Origin: Kondoa subrosea
Taxonomy: Eukaryota
Length of the DNA stretch: 64,000 nucleotides
Direction of reading: 5' to 3'
Assembly (NCBI GenBank): GCA_039545335.1
Contig: BCIN01000006.1
Location: forward strand, 186,001-250,000
Part shown: positions 36,330 through 59,036 of the stretch, in pieces
How the letters are laid out: each line of letters opens with the position of its first letter
Position numbering within the stretch: the stretch's first letter is position 1
Translations under genes and position numbers: made by a program
The notes under the pieces: model-generated
Database searches by the model: none
What the model was told of the DNA's origin: nothing
What the model saw: the letters and a program-made list of their open reading frames with translations, nothing else

Positions 36330-38745
36330 ATGTCTGACGGTAAAGGAACAGAAGGAGTAAAGATCAAGCGTACTCTGTTAGTCGCTCTCGCTCCAAAGGC
36401 TGTCATTCACCGAAATCTCATGTTTGGGATTCGGCATGTAGGCTCAATTTGGGCAATCTACCACCTAAACAGCAAGGATTCGCTGAAGGAGCTGGTCCAC
36501 GCACACCTGTGAGTCTGCTCTAAGCTGTATCGGCTTGTTGTTTGGCTTCCGACTAACCTCGCCTCTTTCCTTTACTTTAATCATTTCAGTCTCGTGTCGA
36601 TCCCAACAATCCACCTTGGCCAGCATACAGAGGTTACCATGAATTCTCTTTTGCTTATGCCAGTACGTTCTCAACATTCCCCTTCTCCTTGGCGAGGGAA
36701 GCCTCCTTTTTCGTATGTTGACTCTTATACATATGTGAATAGCAATGGGAAAACGATTACCAACTATCTTGGGTAAAGCTATTGAAGATACAGTAAAGAC
36801 TTTGAACGAACAACACGATGAAGAAATTATTGTCGATCTCGTTAAATGTATTGATCGAATGGATCTGCTAATGAAGGACATGACCAACAACAGTGCGTTT
36901 CCTCTTACTATTCACTCATATTACCATTAGTATGTAGAGCTGACTGAAATGGCACAGGCAAGCTTCGTCCTATTATTGATGATGGTGAAGGAGATATCCC
37001 TCTCTGGAACAAAGGTCCGCTTCCTGGCAGCTTACACGATGTGTTATTAAATGTCTTTGTGATTGGACAGAAATCGCCAAATACTTCAGAGGCAAAGATT
37101 TCATGAACGCTCCTTGGCTGTTCGCCGAAGCATACAAATACAGAAGGTGAATAATACCATTGATCGTTGCACATCAAAGCACGTCACTAACAGTAATGAC
37201 TATCAGGCTGCATGAGGCTTTCAGTGTCTCCAAATTCTGGAAGGACTATGATGTCTTCTTCGTGAGCAAAACCGTCTTCCATACTTGTTTTGATAAGCTA
37301 ACGATTGACTGCAGAGACAAAAATGTGACACTTTCGCTCGTTCAGCTACTGCCGTCTTTGAATTGTCTACTCGATTCGGTGACCTCTTCAAGTATGCCGA
37401 TGCTGCAGACGAAAGCCAAAAGCACGAAGCTCGCAGATTGCTCTTCCATGAATTGACTCAAGTTTGCTTGTGGGGTAACTGTGAGTTTCATTCTTGCTCT
37501 TTTTCCTCTAACCTCATACTGATGTTCGATTCCGGGTAATTATAGCTACCGATTTGTCCTTGTTGATTAACATGACGGAAGAAGACATTAAGAAGCTTCA
37601 ATCTACCGGTGGTGAACATTTGGCTGACACGGAAAAGAACATTTTGGGTAACCATATGGATAAACTCTGGAATTTGGTGGGTTCAATGAAAGGCGGTCGA
37701 ATCGATTTCGTTCTCGATAACGCTGGTTTCGGTAAGTCCTCTCGTTTTCACCCGACGACTTGTTTGTGACTAGATGTTTGGGTAGAATTGTACTGCGATT
37801 GCGTTTACGCTGATTGGCTCATCCAATCCGGTTTGGCTAGCCAAATTCGTTTCCACGGTAAACGTTTCGCTTGGTTCGTGGTGAGTCTTTCCTTGCTATT
37901 CTTTCGCAAAGTCTTGTTTGCTGACAGCAACTTGTGGAACTCATAGTCGGATGTCACTCGCAAAGATTGGGATTGGCTCTTGAACTCTTGCGTCTACGGT
38001 CATCTCTTTGCTGGTGCTTCAGAAGATGAATTGGCTAGTTTACACAAGATGGGTCAAAGATGGAAGCAGTACGAACGTGAGGGTAAATGGGTGTATGAGC
38101 AACATCCTTTGTGAGTTAGAACCTCGCTCAGCTGATTGCGCTCCTTTGTTGATGCCTGTATTTAGCTGGTGCACCGGTTACACCTTCGTGAGCTTTCCTT
38201 TCCTTATCTATACTGGCCACAGCATGCTCAAACAGAGCTACAGTGGGATATCAAGACTGAAGCACCTGATCTATTCTTGCACCTTTCAGATGCCGACCTT
38301 GTCATCTTCAAGGGTGACTTGAATCACAGAAAGCTGTGTGTTCCATCTATCTATTTGCATGACTAAAGGCGCTGATCAACATTCTGTAGCACCTATGATT
38401 GCCAAGCACCACCTGAAACTCCCTTCGATCAAGCTATCGGTCCTCTAGCTTCAGAACCTGGTTGCCCTCCAGTCCTGTCTCTTCGTACTATCAAGTGGGC
38501 TCCCTTCAGCCTTTGAAGTCTACAGCGCTCATGCTGCGATTTTCTAGGTCCGATGTGGTCGTCGGCCTGCCAGAAGGTGTGGCAGCTAAGTTGGACAAGG
38601 AGAAGCCAGGATGGAAGATCTCAGGCGAGTACGCAAGTAAGCTTTCTACATCCCTACTTTATCTTGACTTTTACTGATTCATCAATGCTTTATAGTCGTT
38701 CTCGTCACTGATGGTCATAAGGGAGAGAAGGTTCAACTCGTTTGA
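36330..38745 (+). CDS. DUF89/ARMT1-family damage-control metal-dependent phosphatase (YMR027W-like)
   Basis: KRLPTIL, APWLFAEAYKYRRL, YDVFFRQK, LWGN.TDLSL, RIDFVLDNAGFELYCD, WFVSDVT, DLVIFKGDLNHRKL, RT.KSDVVVGL. About 15 introns. Confidence 0.93.
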
Positions 38746-38878
38746 GGCTTTTAATGTGTGTAATGCAGTGGTTTATTTCCATGTGTATGGGTAAAAAAGG
38801 ATACAGAGATTTTATGCATGCTATCACTTAGAGGGGTCATACTATTTTACAGACTTCGACGTCTCTTGTTTGCATCTT

Positions 38879-47481
<8,603 letters not shown>

Positions 47482-47733
47482 AGCGATCTTGAAGCAGAGC
47501 CCAGCCCTTTATCCCTTGTAAGACACGTCAGATCACGTAGAAATCGCTGTTTCAAATTTCGATGCTGGAAAATACAGCGCGAACGACTAAGACGCTCAGC
47601 TTGCGCTCAGATGCTGCTTTATGCATCGTAAATAGACCAGTACAAGACTCTGCTTTGACATTTCAATTCATTCTGGCTCCTGCTTTGAGCTTTGATCTTT
47701 GATAATTTACAACAATTTCTACTTCTAAAGATC

Positions 47734-50407
47734 TCATGCTCCCTCTTGATACTGCTGTTGCTGTTGCTGCTGCATTTCACTTCCCATAGATAAAATAGCT
47801 GGATCTTGGAAACCAGAAGGCGCATAAGGAGGCGGGAAATAGATTGGTTGAGGCTGCGCTGGTTGTTGATAAGGATTGTAATTAGGCGGTAAGAAATGCA
47901 TTACTCCAGAGCTGTCAAAGTAAGAGCCAGGAATGTACTGCTCATCCATTTGTTGTGGCTGCTGGTGGGATTGATTGTTGTAATGAGGCTGATTAAATTG
48001 GTATTGTGTACTTTCTGAATCGTGCTGAGAATACTGGTTATGTGAAGAGATGCTGTGCGAAAGAGGTGAATGTCTAGCTGGAGAAGTAGAGGAAAGATGA
48101 GCTTTGTGTTGTTTCTTGAAAGCAGGTTTCTCAGTGTCGCCGGCTGAAGGTGCTCTGATTTCTAGGCGCTGACTTTTAGGTGGAGCGAAGAAAGATGGAG
48201 TGTGCGTAGAGACTGGTGGACTTTGACTGGGCGAGGGTACAATCATAGAAGGATCGAAGGGATAGCCAGGCGCCGGTTGATGAGAATACATTGGCATGTG
48301 AGGTGGAGGATGAGCTGGGAACCCCCCATGGAAAGGAAGAACATGGCCGCTCGCCGGATCAAAGATATAAGGAAGACCATCTTGTCCGATGAAAGGCTGA
48401 TGAGGGATCATGGCAGGTTGGTTGTACATGTACTGCTGCTGCTGCTGTTCGTGATGAGAAGGGAAGGATTGAGTCATGCTTTGCAGTTGTTGGTCATGCG
48501 AAAGTATCGGGCTGCGGTGATCCACAGCTGAAGATGCTCGAGAAATAGAAGCTTGGGATTGAATTGGAGGTACAGCCGAATGAGATCGAATTGGTGGTTC
48601 TGGTTCAGGAATAGGTGTAGCAGTGTAAAGAACACCTCTTGCGGATTGCGAGCGTCTACGACTTTCTTCTTCAGCCAATTCTCTTTCGACTCTGGCTCTT
48701 TCTTTGCTACGCTCTTGAGCGAGTTCCTCATCTCTGGCTCGCTTGATCTCGGCCAGAGCTGCAGCTTCCGCTTCAGCCTTCTCTGCCTCCAGACGCAACT
48801 CTTCGGCTCTCTGCGCTTTCTTCAGCTCTCCTGCAGGAGTCATCAGCTTGACAGCAGTCATAATCGGGTTCAATTTGATGATGAAAACAGTTTCATCCGA
48901 AAGTGCAGCTGCAGTAGGACGTGGCCACTCTTCATCGAAATGTAAGAAGCAGGATAATTCGACCACATTCGCACGTTGTCTAGCTTCCCTCTTGCTTCCG
49001 GGTTGCAAAAGAGCAGGAACAGGTTTGAGACAAATGCGTAAAGTGATTTTGCGTTTGCCTGTTGCATCGTCGATGACTGTACGAGAACCAGGCTCGTTGA
49101 AGAGGAAAGGCATAGAAGAGCGAGCTGTGGAAGAAAACTCGGGTGTTCGAGCATAGAAAGGTGATTGTCGTCGCTGTTAACATTATGAGCATTTACACCT
49201 CGTGTAGATTGAGCATAAAGCTTACAGATGGATTGTCATCCATTTCTGACTGCCCTCCGCGGTTGTTGAAGTTTCCATAGCTGCTAGGTGGTACAGGCCA
49301 GGATTTGGGTTGAGTCGGGGCATTGTCTTCAAATCGATCATGTTTCCAAGAAGGCTCTTGGTAATTTTGATGAGAGGAGCTTGAGTTGGTAGGCATTCCA
49401 AATGCGTTTCGCTTTCCACCGCGAGAGACTTTCTGCCAGCCACTTCCTGATGATAATGCAGGCGAAGCAGATCTTTCGAGCTGATCGGCAGTCATGGAAC
49501 CACGACGAGAATCAGCCGAAGAAGGACCAGGAGAATGGAGAGGATGATGTTGAGGTTGCTTGCCCTTGCGATCTTGATTTCGTTCGTCATGTCCCCAGAA
49601 TTTGCCTAGACGAGGAGTGATGGATGGATCAGAGGGGAAGCGATTCATTTGAGCACGAGGACCAGTAGGTATAGAGATGAATTGCGCTTCCGTTTCTTCA
49701 TCTTCCGCTGTCATAGACGCCCAATCGGTTGTAGGAGGTGCAGCCTTGGAGCTGGATGCTTGAGGTAGAGAGACAGCAGCTGCAATCGGCGGCAGCTTCT
49801 CAGCAGCAGCAGTGCTGGAATCCACAGATTCGCGACGGAACTTGTTGGCCAAAGCAATCCTTGGGTCTGCTCCCTCGTCCTCTTCTTCCTCGTCTTCTGA
49901 TTCCTCATCTTTCTCATTCAAAGCTTTTCCACTCGACTTCTCTGCGGCAGCCTTGGCTTTCCTACGTTTGCGCTTCTCCTTGGCGGCAGCAGCTTTGCGT
50001 TTCTTCTTCTCTTCAGCTTTCAATTGCTCAGAAGTGGGAGTAGCAGAGACCTCTGTATCGGCTGTTTCGACGGTCGTAGCTCTTGAAGCCAAAGTAGAGA
50101 CGGAAGCAGTCAAAGTGGCACCAGCGGAGGAAGAAAGCTCAGAAGCTCTTTCGTCATCTGTTCCAGTTGAAGGAGTACTAGCTACTTGACTAATTCTGGG
50201 TGGTAGACGAACAAGAGCAGCTGGTCGATTGATCGGCAAATTTAGAAAAGACATCTTGCCTGCACTTCTTGGGAAATTGAGAAAGATGGAATCGCTTGTG
50301 TCACGAACAGGCCTAAGTCGAGGCTGAATGTCTGCGACATGATATGCGTTGATTATGTTTGATCGTCTCGACGGTGTATATGAGCACTTACGAGGAAGAA
50401 TGATCAT
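47734..50407 (-). CDS. CASC3: CASC3/Barentsz (Btz) eIF4AIII-binding exon-junction-complex protein
   Basis: Btz/SELOR motifs DPSITPRLGKFWGHDER and WKHDRFE within a low-complexity protein, with a Pro/Gln/Tyr-rich C-terminus. The start may instead be MSFLNLP (~50254). Confidence 0.75.
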
Positions 50408-51624
50408 TAGCTAGCGCTATGCGGCGAGCTCTTCAACCAGCTGTGGCGCCGCTGTGTAGCAGATCATTGGCAATCTTAAGAGAGTACGGCCGAGGCAGAC
50501 ATACCTGTTGATGAGTCTGCTACGCTGTTGATCCAATAGATTTACTTGTAGCACAGAATTCTGCGGAAGTGCAATTTAGCTTGTAATTTTGACTTGTGAG
50601 ACTGAGGCGGCGTACAATCGAGCACACTTTACAGAGAACAAACAGACGAGGTGGTGAGACTGAAGCTGCAATATCGGATGGTCAAATAAAGACTTCGATT
50701 TGAAAATTTTGTGAGTCAAAGGAGTTGAGCGGGACCGAATGCAGAGCTGTAGTAGGCCTTGTCTTGTACTGTCCGTATCACACTGCCAGGGTATAAGCCT
50801 CGACTGAACGAGAGGCTGCGTCAGCAAAAGAAGTGAAATCTGGTTCGGTTGATCTGTGCGTGTCAAAATCGGTCATGCATTGCATATGTATGTAGAAAGC
50901 CTATGGTATGAATCATCTGCTAGAATTGATCGCTATCAAAGAAGCACCGAGCGCGCAGGCCGAAGCGCAAATGGATTGCTTGACAATTGGAGTACCTCAA
51001 CCGTTCAGGACACACCCAGGATCATCCGTTGGGATGATCAATGAAAAGAGATGAGCTCTCCGCTGATCGACAGAAGAAGGCACTCACCTGCAATAATACT
51101 CTGGGAGTTCTGAGTTCGCCTATACACACAAAGACATGGAATCAAAGTCTGACGCAGAATGAGTTTGTCTGAACACCCCTCTCCAGAGGACAAAAGGCCG
51201 ATCTATAGCTGACAGTACAAGGAGACGCAATAGCTCTAGAGGGTTCGAGATGACATCGAAGCGAACGGAAAATGAGACCTCGCACCGCATGAGTCATCCA
51301 CAGCCATCGCGAGTATCAAAAGAGACGATCTGGAATGAGGAGAAGAGAGCAAGAGAACAGGGCAAGCAGAAACATTCAAAGTGAACTTCGGGAATTTGGC
51401 GAGCTGAGCCCAAGAAGCGAGAACAAGCCAAGACGAGCATACAGACCATCCTCGACGACAAGTACCATGAATTGAGCACCTAAGAGAGGGAGAGCGAGCA
51501 TTCGGCCCTTTGTCGATCTTTGGCCTTCGAACACGGTTCTTCTAGAGCAACCGTAGCAACCGAGATGCTGCTGCCGTGATTCCCTTGAGCCACTGATACC
51601 TCCACTGGACTCCAGAATATATCA

Positions 51625-54596
51625 ATGTCGTCGCATTCTGCAGAGAGTGATAGCGAGGAGCACGAACTGGACTTTGACTTGAAGCGATTGGCCAACAGGC
51701 TTTCTATCTCCAGCTTGTACAGCGAGGCCTCGTCCAGTGCCGATGCGGAACATGGACCATTCTCAGTGCAAGCTCTCGATACCTTGCTATCGAATACAGA
51801 AGAGCCCGGAGAGCAGGCATCATCTCGCTTCAACCCAGGCAATGCGCAGCAGCAGCAACAAGTAGCTCCTTCCACGCCGAAAGGTCAAGCGCGTCGAGAC
51901 TATTCGGAAGGTCAGACACCTACTTTAGCCAATCCGTCGCAAACTCCTCGACTCTCATCAAGCCAGTCAAGACCTCTCAAGCACAAAGCTGTTTCCGATC
52001 CGCTTGGTCTTCATATGCTTTCTTATACAGATCCAGCAGACAGTGAATGGATTGAAGCTCAAGATCACGGTCTAGCAGCACCTTTTATTCAATCTAGCTA
52101 TTCTCGAGAGTCGCAAGTCTCTACTGGCTCATCCACAGAAGAACCTTACAGAAGATCACCAAGACCGCGTATGTCTTCGCGTAGCAAGACCTTTGGATCG
52201 CCAGGTCCATCTTCCCGTCGATCTTCTGCTAGGTATTCAAACAGTCACAATTCTCCTATTCTACCCTATTTGAATGATGAAGAACCAAGAAGAAGAAGTA
52301 TGGTCTTTGATGAGCAAACTAAATCGCCGACTGCAATCAATCGAAGTCCTTCTCTATCTGGCGGTAAACCCTTTTCTCGAAACGGGTCCTTATCTAAAGC
52401 TCCTTCTCTCACACGCAAGCATTCTAGATCAATATCTAAATCCGCCAATGGACTTAGTTTACCTCAATTGGTTCGAAAGATGTCTGGCGCAAGCAATCCA
52501 GTATCGGGAGGTTGTAAGAAACGAAAGGCAGTATCTTTAGAAGCGGAAGAGTTATATGATGTTCTGCTTCAGCATGTTAATAAAGCCAAAAGAGGAGAAG
52601 GAAGGAAACCTTTGATTGTGGATGTCAGACCTTTACCGGACTTTACGAATAATGGCAGATTGACTGGTTCAATGTGAGCCCTTACTTTTCAGTGCTTGCT
52701 GAATGATACACTGATAGGTCGTGACACAGAAATTGCAATTTCCCGTCATTGCTGATGAAGCGCTTCAAGCGCGGCAAGGTAGCCAATTTCTCATTGGAGA
52801 GCTTCATCACAACAGAACAAGGCAAAGCCACTTTCAGAGATATTGTTCGACTTTCGTCAGCAACTGAAGATACTTCTCTGACCGCTCAACAGACCATCTC
52901 TCATGCACTCAATGATGTCGACCTTTTTGTCATTGATGCGGTTCCACCTTCTGATCCCTCATCTACTGGAGCTATATTGGTCTCCGTTCTTGAAACAATA
53001 CTAGACGACTTTGAGGGCAAAGGATCACTATGCTATTTGAATGGCCGCTTTCAAGATCTTACTTCTTTGCCTACGTCGAATGATTGGATAGTGTATGGCG
53101 AAGAAGTGGACGAAGATTCAGACGTATCTGGCGCTTCGGAACCCGCAGGACTGAACATCCTACCACCGATGCGATCTGAAGCTTTACAACCTCCTGCGCT
53201 GCAATTACCTTCTCGATCAAGTTCCATAGACTCTCTATCATCAGACAGCAGTCGAAGCAAGCGATCAAAGCTGAAACCGTTAGATACAGTCATTGCAGCC
53301 GGTCATTCTCCTTCCTCCTCCAACTCGACACCTAGGCAAGCACCACCTAAATCACCTCGACCGCTTAATCTGACTCGACCTACTCAATCTCACAAAACAA
53401 CATCGTCCGGCAATCTATCAATACAGGAACTCGCTCACATTCAATCTCGCTCACCTGCGCAACCTTCTTTCGGTCTGACTACTCGACCTGGTCCATCCGC
53501 CGAATCTCAATCTTCACCAGGATCAAGTGTACCTGAGAATTCAGATCCTCACGAATTCATCGTTTCCTGCATTATTCCGAATTTCTTGTATTTGGGTCCA
53601 GAACCAGCAACGGAAGAACATGTTCAAGAATTGGAGCAACTTGGAATCAAACAAATCTTGAATATGGCTCTGGAATGTGTTGACCGGCCTGCTTTGAACA
53701 TGAATGAGAGGTTTGAGAAAATTACCAAGATCCCGATGCGTGATTTTGTGGAAGAGACTGGAGTGCAGAGGAGGATTGAAGAAGCTTGTGCTCTGCTTGG
53801 TAAGTCATACCGCGGCTCTGTAGTATTGATACTGACCTTCAAGTATGTTGCTCAGACGATGCCGGCCTCAAGTCGAAACCGGTTTACCTACATTGTCAAG
53901 CTGGAAAGAGCAGAAGTGTCACGATAGCCATGGCTTATTTGATACATAGGTCCGTAGCTTCCCTGTATTGCCGTGTATACGGCTGAATCAGATCGCTTGG
54001 ACAGGTATCATTGGTCTTTCAAGCGCGCTTATGCGCATGTAGCGGAACGACGTAAAGGAATCTCTCCTAAGTACGTTGTACTCTCTTCATCGTCCAGCAT
54101 CGCTCATGTAATTGCATCAGCATCGGATTCGTCTCGAGTTTAATGCGATACGAAGAGAAAGAGCTCGGCCATAAAGTTTCTAACAGTCTCAACACGTCCA
54201 CGCCAGCTTCTTCAATGCCAAATCCTCGACCAGTGTCATCTCCTTATGGTATGGCTATTCCGAGATCTAATCAAGATGACGATGATGAGGAAGACAATTC
54301 AACTCGAGGAAAGCTGAGTTCTGCGCCAATGGCCAACGGGCGACCGCATAATCGAGTCAGAGAAAGTCTACCGCCGATGATGCCTAGCGATCGCAGTCTA
54401 TCAAACGATCGATTCGAGTTGTCCGAAACTGGACGGGAGCAAGAAGTAAAGAATCCTGCTGGAAATTGGGTGCATAACCGAAGAGCTTTCACGGAAGCTT
54501 CATTTGAGCCGAGCAGAAGGTACGTTCTGAATCTTGAATTTGATATTCAGTGGTTGAGACCTACTTAGGGCAAGTAAAGCTGGACTTGAATCTTGA
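51625..54596 (+). CDS. Dual-specificity MAP kinase phosphatase with rhodanese-like domain (Msg5/Pmp1-like)
   Basis: Rhodanese: LIVDVRP...GSINCNFPSLLMKR. DSP: IIPNFLYLG, GIKQILNMA, PMRD, VYLHCQAGKSRS (CX5R), AYLIH, RRKGISPNIGF. Confidence 0.9.
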
Positions 54597-55473
54597 CGCA
54601 TTCTGTATGGACAATCTTGATTTTTTTGGGTAACTGTGTTCTGCTTTGGGTTGTCATTCACTCCAATGCCATGCCTCGGAGCTATGGGCTCTGTTTCAAC
54701 GTTTTCCTTTCTCCCCTCTTGTTTTTGTTTCCGTACAAGTATGTTGCCGGTTTTTCGTTGTCATGTGAGCGGAGTTGTTTTCTCTATGCTTCTATTCCTT
54801 CGCTCTCGTACAAGGGCACATCTTCTGCTCATTCGTTATCGCTCAATGAATTGACCCGACTGGCGGGTGGATCGCGTGGCACATTTGGCCTACCAGTTTA
54901 GCCTTTCACATTGCTTTCTCTCTACAAAGTGCTTAGTATTCGTTACAGCGAGGAAACGTTAAGTAGTTCGAGGCGTGTTCGCAAGGCGGAAGCTCAGATT
55001 TTGGCTCTGATCAATCTACACTCTTTTGTTGCCTGAATAAGCTTAATAAGGATTCAAACCGGGACACTTCTCGCTATGTAGTTCTTGATAGGCCTGTTTT
55101 GATAGTGGACATCTGTATACGACAATCACACCGAGAGCGAGCCGTGCACCCAGATTGTGTGACAACTCTGAGAGGAGCGTGGACGACTCCTTCTCAATCA
55201 ACCGACACTGGCTTGTCATCTGCCTTGTGTGGAACCCTCTAATCTGTACCAACGACATACCCCAGCCGCCTTCACTCGCCCTGGCTGAAACTTGCTGAGC
55301 AAGATACATTTGCAAAACAAAGCGTTCACCTAAAATTCCTTTGTCTGGCCTCTTCAAGGTCTTGCGCGGAGTCAGCTCCATCAGCAACATAGACCTGCTA
55401 CAGAACAGCTAGCCACGCGTACGGCATTGTAGCGGAGTCGCTTGCCTTAAAGTAAATCAAAGCAATTCCGATA

Positions 55474-58400
55474 ATGGCTGCCAGCTTGGTTCGGTCAAGG
55501 AACTCAAAGCCTTCGCTCGATCGCTTGCAATCAACGTTATCCATCACTCAATCCGGTAGCATGGCCTCTCCTGTCAATGCAACGCCTCCCTCTTCAGATA
55601 ACACGCCCGTGCCTACAACTTCTGTTCTCAACAGAGCAGGTCAAGCTTCCAATTCCCTCTATCAGAAATGCCTGACAGTCCAACAACTCTATGCTCGCGT
55701 TCAAGGCTTTCCAGAAATATTTCTAGATCCAGAAGCCCCTTTTGCGCACAAGCCAACTCAAGAGGAAGAAGCTGCTGGTCCACTGCCCAATGATCCAGTC
55801 TCTGCCGTGTGTAGAACATTAAGATTAGGCGCCTCGCTTTGTTTCTTGTTCAATGCTTTGGAATTGGACTGTCAACTTGAAGTCAATCCTGATTCAAATC
55901 GATCAAATATTTCAGCTTGCAAAAGAAGTACAGCTCAATTCATTATGGCTGCTAAAAGGGAATTGCATTGGGATGATTCGGAAATGTTCATCATTCGGCA
56001 ATTGTATGATCAAGACACAACGGGGACTGTTCAGGTAAACTGCTCTTCATGTTTTGTTCTCGCAATCAGCCTAACCATTCCTTCAAGGTTGTAGACTGCG
56101 TTTTAAGACTATTGAATCTACTCGAATCAAGGGGTGTTCTTCTGCCACCCGTTGATTCAGGATTAAGCGATGCAGCTGGATCGCAAAAGCTAGATATGCG
56201 AGGTCAAGTAGTCAGAGAGATATTGGAAACGGAGCGCAAACACGTACAAGATCTAGAAGTATTACAGGTAAGTTTCGATGTTATTACGCGATCGGACCAG
56301 GAAACGTTGAGATTGTCTTTTTTTGCGCGTCAAACTTTAGGCTTACAAAAATCAACTCAAAGACAACAACATTATATCTCAAGATACGAGTCATTCCATT
56401 TTCCTCAACTTGGACAGCTTGGTAGACTTTCAAAGACGTTTTCTCATCGGTGTAGAAGCGCATGCCGTTCAACCACCCGAATCGCAGCGGTTTGGTCACC
56501 TCTTCATATCAATGGTGCGGGCAGTGTCTGGTTGCGTGAGTCAATACTGACGCTACTCTTTGAATAGGAGGACGCGTTTGCGGTCTACGAGCCATATTGT
56601 GTCAATTTCGCAATCGTCACAGACCTGCTGATAGAATATCACGATGATCTCAAGGTAAGGCTGAGTTCCATGTAGAGTATGATTAAGGGCTAATCGCGAA
56701 TTGAAGAAACTGGAACATATTATTGAACCGAATTATGAACTTCCGACATTCCTCATCAAGCCCATTCATCGACTACTCAAGTATCCTCTTCTCATGCAGG
56801 TTCGTCGGACAATTCGAGTGCAGACTTTTGCTCACATCGCTGGCTTCAAACAGCAACTTGTGAAAAGCACTGACAAAAACACTCCTTACTATAGCGAACT
56901 TCAAGATGGTCTAGCCTCGATACAACGTGTAACGAACCGAGTCAACGAAGCCAAAAGACGGAAAGAGAACGAACTGGCAGTGGTTGAATTGCGAAACCGA
57001 GTCGAAGATTGGAAACAACATGATATTTCTGCCTTTGGCGCTCTGATGCTGGAAGATACCTTCAACGTCATCAAGAACGATAGCGAGAGGGAATACCATG
57101 TCTATCTCTTTGAACGAATCATCTTATGCTGCAAAGACGTAAGTCAACCGAATAAGAAGAACAGCAAGAGCAATTCTATGCTCCGGAAACCTGCAGCGAA
57201 GAAGTCAGGTCCTCTTCAACTCAAAGGTCGGATATTTACCAATAATGTTCAACGAGCAGAACCTTCTCAAGGCAATAGTGAGCCTTTCTTACTCTGGCTT
57301 GCTTTGTGTACAAAGCTAAACGTAACTCTAGACGGCTCTTATTTGCTCAAAGTCACTTGGACTGGGGAGCCTGGTCATGAACATTTCAGTCTCAAGTGTC
57401 GAAGCGAAGAGCAGCAAAGTCAATGGAAGAAAGGCATCGAATCTGCTATTTCTTTGGCGCGGAATCGACCTCGAGGGCAATCAATGGCTTCGTCCAATGG
57501 TCACGTTCGTCGCTCAGCTGCAGCTCAAAGTCCGCATAGTCAATTTCCCAATACACCTCTCTCTGAACTTGGTACTCCTCTCTTCTTCCCCCCGGCTACA
57601 CATGAGGGCTATCTCAATTCTCATAGGCATCACGATTCAGCATATGACGGAGCATCGATCTATGGCCAGGACGGCGATTCCTCAAATGGCAGGTCAACAC
57701 CATCAACTGTTCGGCGGGGTCCTTCTCATCAATCGCTTCCACCATCAAGAGATCGAGAATCGGTCAATAATTCTCGACCACGAGCTCAAACAGAAGATGC
57801 TAATTCTGCGGTCATCAATCAATGGAGAACGCAAACGCCTGTTTCTGCTATGCCTTCACTTCCCAGAGGCCAATCTATATCTTCCACTACATCAGATGGT
57901 TCTTCCGCATCGAGTGGTTTACGGAATTCGTCAAGTAATAAGATGCTCAAGCATAAACAATCGCATGAATGGGGTTCAGCTGGATTTGGTCGAACGAGCA
58001 CCCCTGGGCCAGCGGAAGAGTTCCAGCTTGACGATCACCGGCAAAATCTGCTTCGTAACGCAAGTCAAGCCAGTTTGCCAATCGCTGCCGATAGAACAGC
58101 ACCAGGCGCTCCACCAATGCTCCGCAGTAGATCAGCTAGCAGTCCGCACGTGTATCAGGTGAGTTCTTTATTTCATACCTTGATGAAGACGGCTGACAAC
58201 TCTTCTAGCTGCCTTCGGGTGGTAATCCGAATGTACCCAATGTACCGCCCTTGAACATGCGGTCTAAAGGAAATCTTTCTTCCGCGACTATACATTCTTC
58301 TGCCTCGGCATCAACAGTAGACGAAGATCGAAGGCGGATCAGCCAATCGAGTATTGGCAGCCATCGATCTTCAGGCGACTCGATGGGCTCGCAACCTCAA

Positions 58401-58766
58401 TCCTACTACACGCAAGCGACTTCTCCAGCAGGCATGCCTCCAGCTTCTCTGCCTTACATGAACGGTCGACCGCATGCCAAAAGCGATCCAATTGCTATGC
58501 GAGTCAAACTCAAAGTTGGAGCAGATTCATATGTTATTGTTGTGCTCAGCAGCATCACGTATCCAGAACTGGTGGACAAGGTGCTGAAGAAGACAAAAAA
58601 CGATCCAAGTACTACTCTTAACGAGCACAACATCAAGCTTCGCTATGAGGATGAAGAAGGCGATAAGATTTCAATTAGTTCAGACGAAGACATCCTCCTC
58701 GCTTTCGAAGGGGCGAAAGTTCTACCGCAAAGCTCAACACCAAGTCTCACCATCTTCGTCGACTAG
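55474..58766 (+). CDS. CDC24: Cdc24/Scd1 Rho-family GEF (CH-DH-PH-PB1)
   Basis: SLYQKC...LGASLCFLFN (CDC24 domain), VVREILETERKHVQDLE, FLIKPIHRLLKYPLL, RVEDWK, REYHVYLFERIILCCK, LQLKGRI, and PB1 LRYEDEEGDKISISSDED. Confidence 0.95.
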
Positions 58767-59036
58767 CACCAGTACATGTTGCTATCCTGGGTTCCATTAC
58801 TTTAAGTCGTTCGCAACATTTCAGAACATGTAGCAGCATTTCTTTCTCTTCTATTCTTCTATTCAATCTTTCCGGGTAGCTCGGTTCGGTATCTTTCTTT
58901 CCAGGGGGTGTAAATTAGAATCTTTACGAGTGTACAACAGTAGAAATTAGCCAATAAACATTAAACATATTGATCCCTCGTGAGCTGCACAACACAACAT
59001 CGCGTGCACCGCGCCGAGATTGTCGCAACGCTCGTG

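Noticed and set aside
47521..47600. CRE/E-box and CGCG motifs upstream of ATR (similar ones near 14410-14480 and 21000)
   Set aside because: Short motifs are expected by chance and cannot be supported without conservation data.
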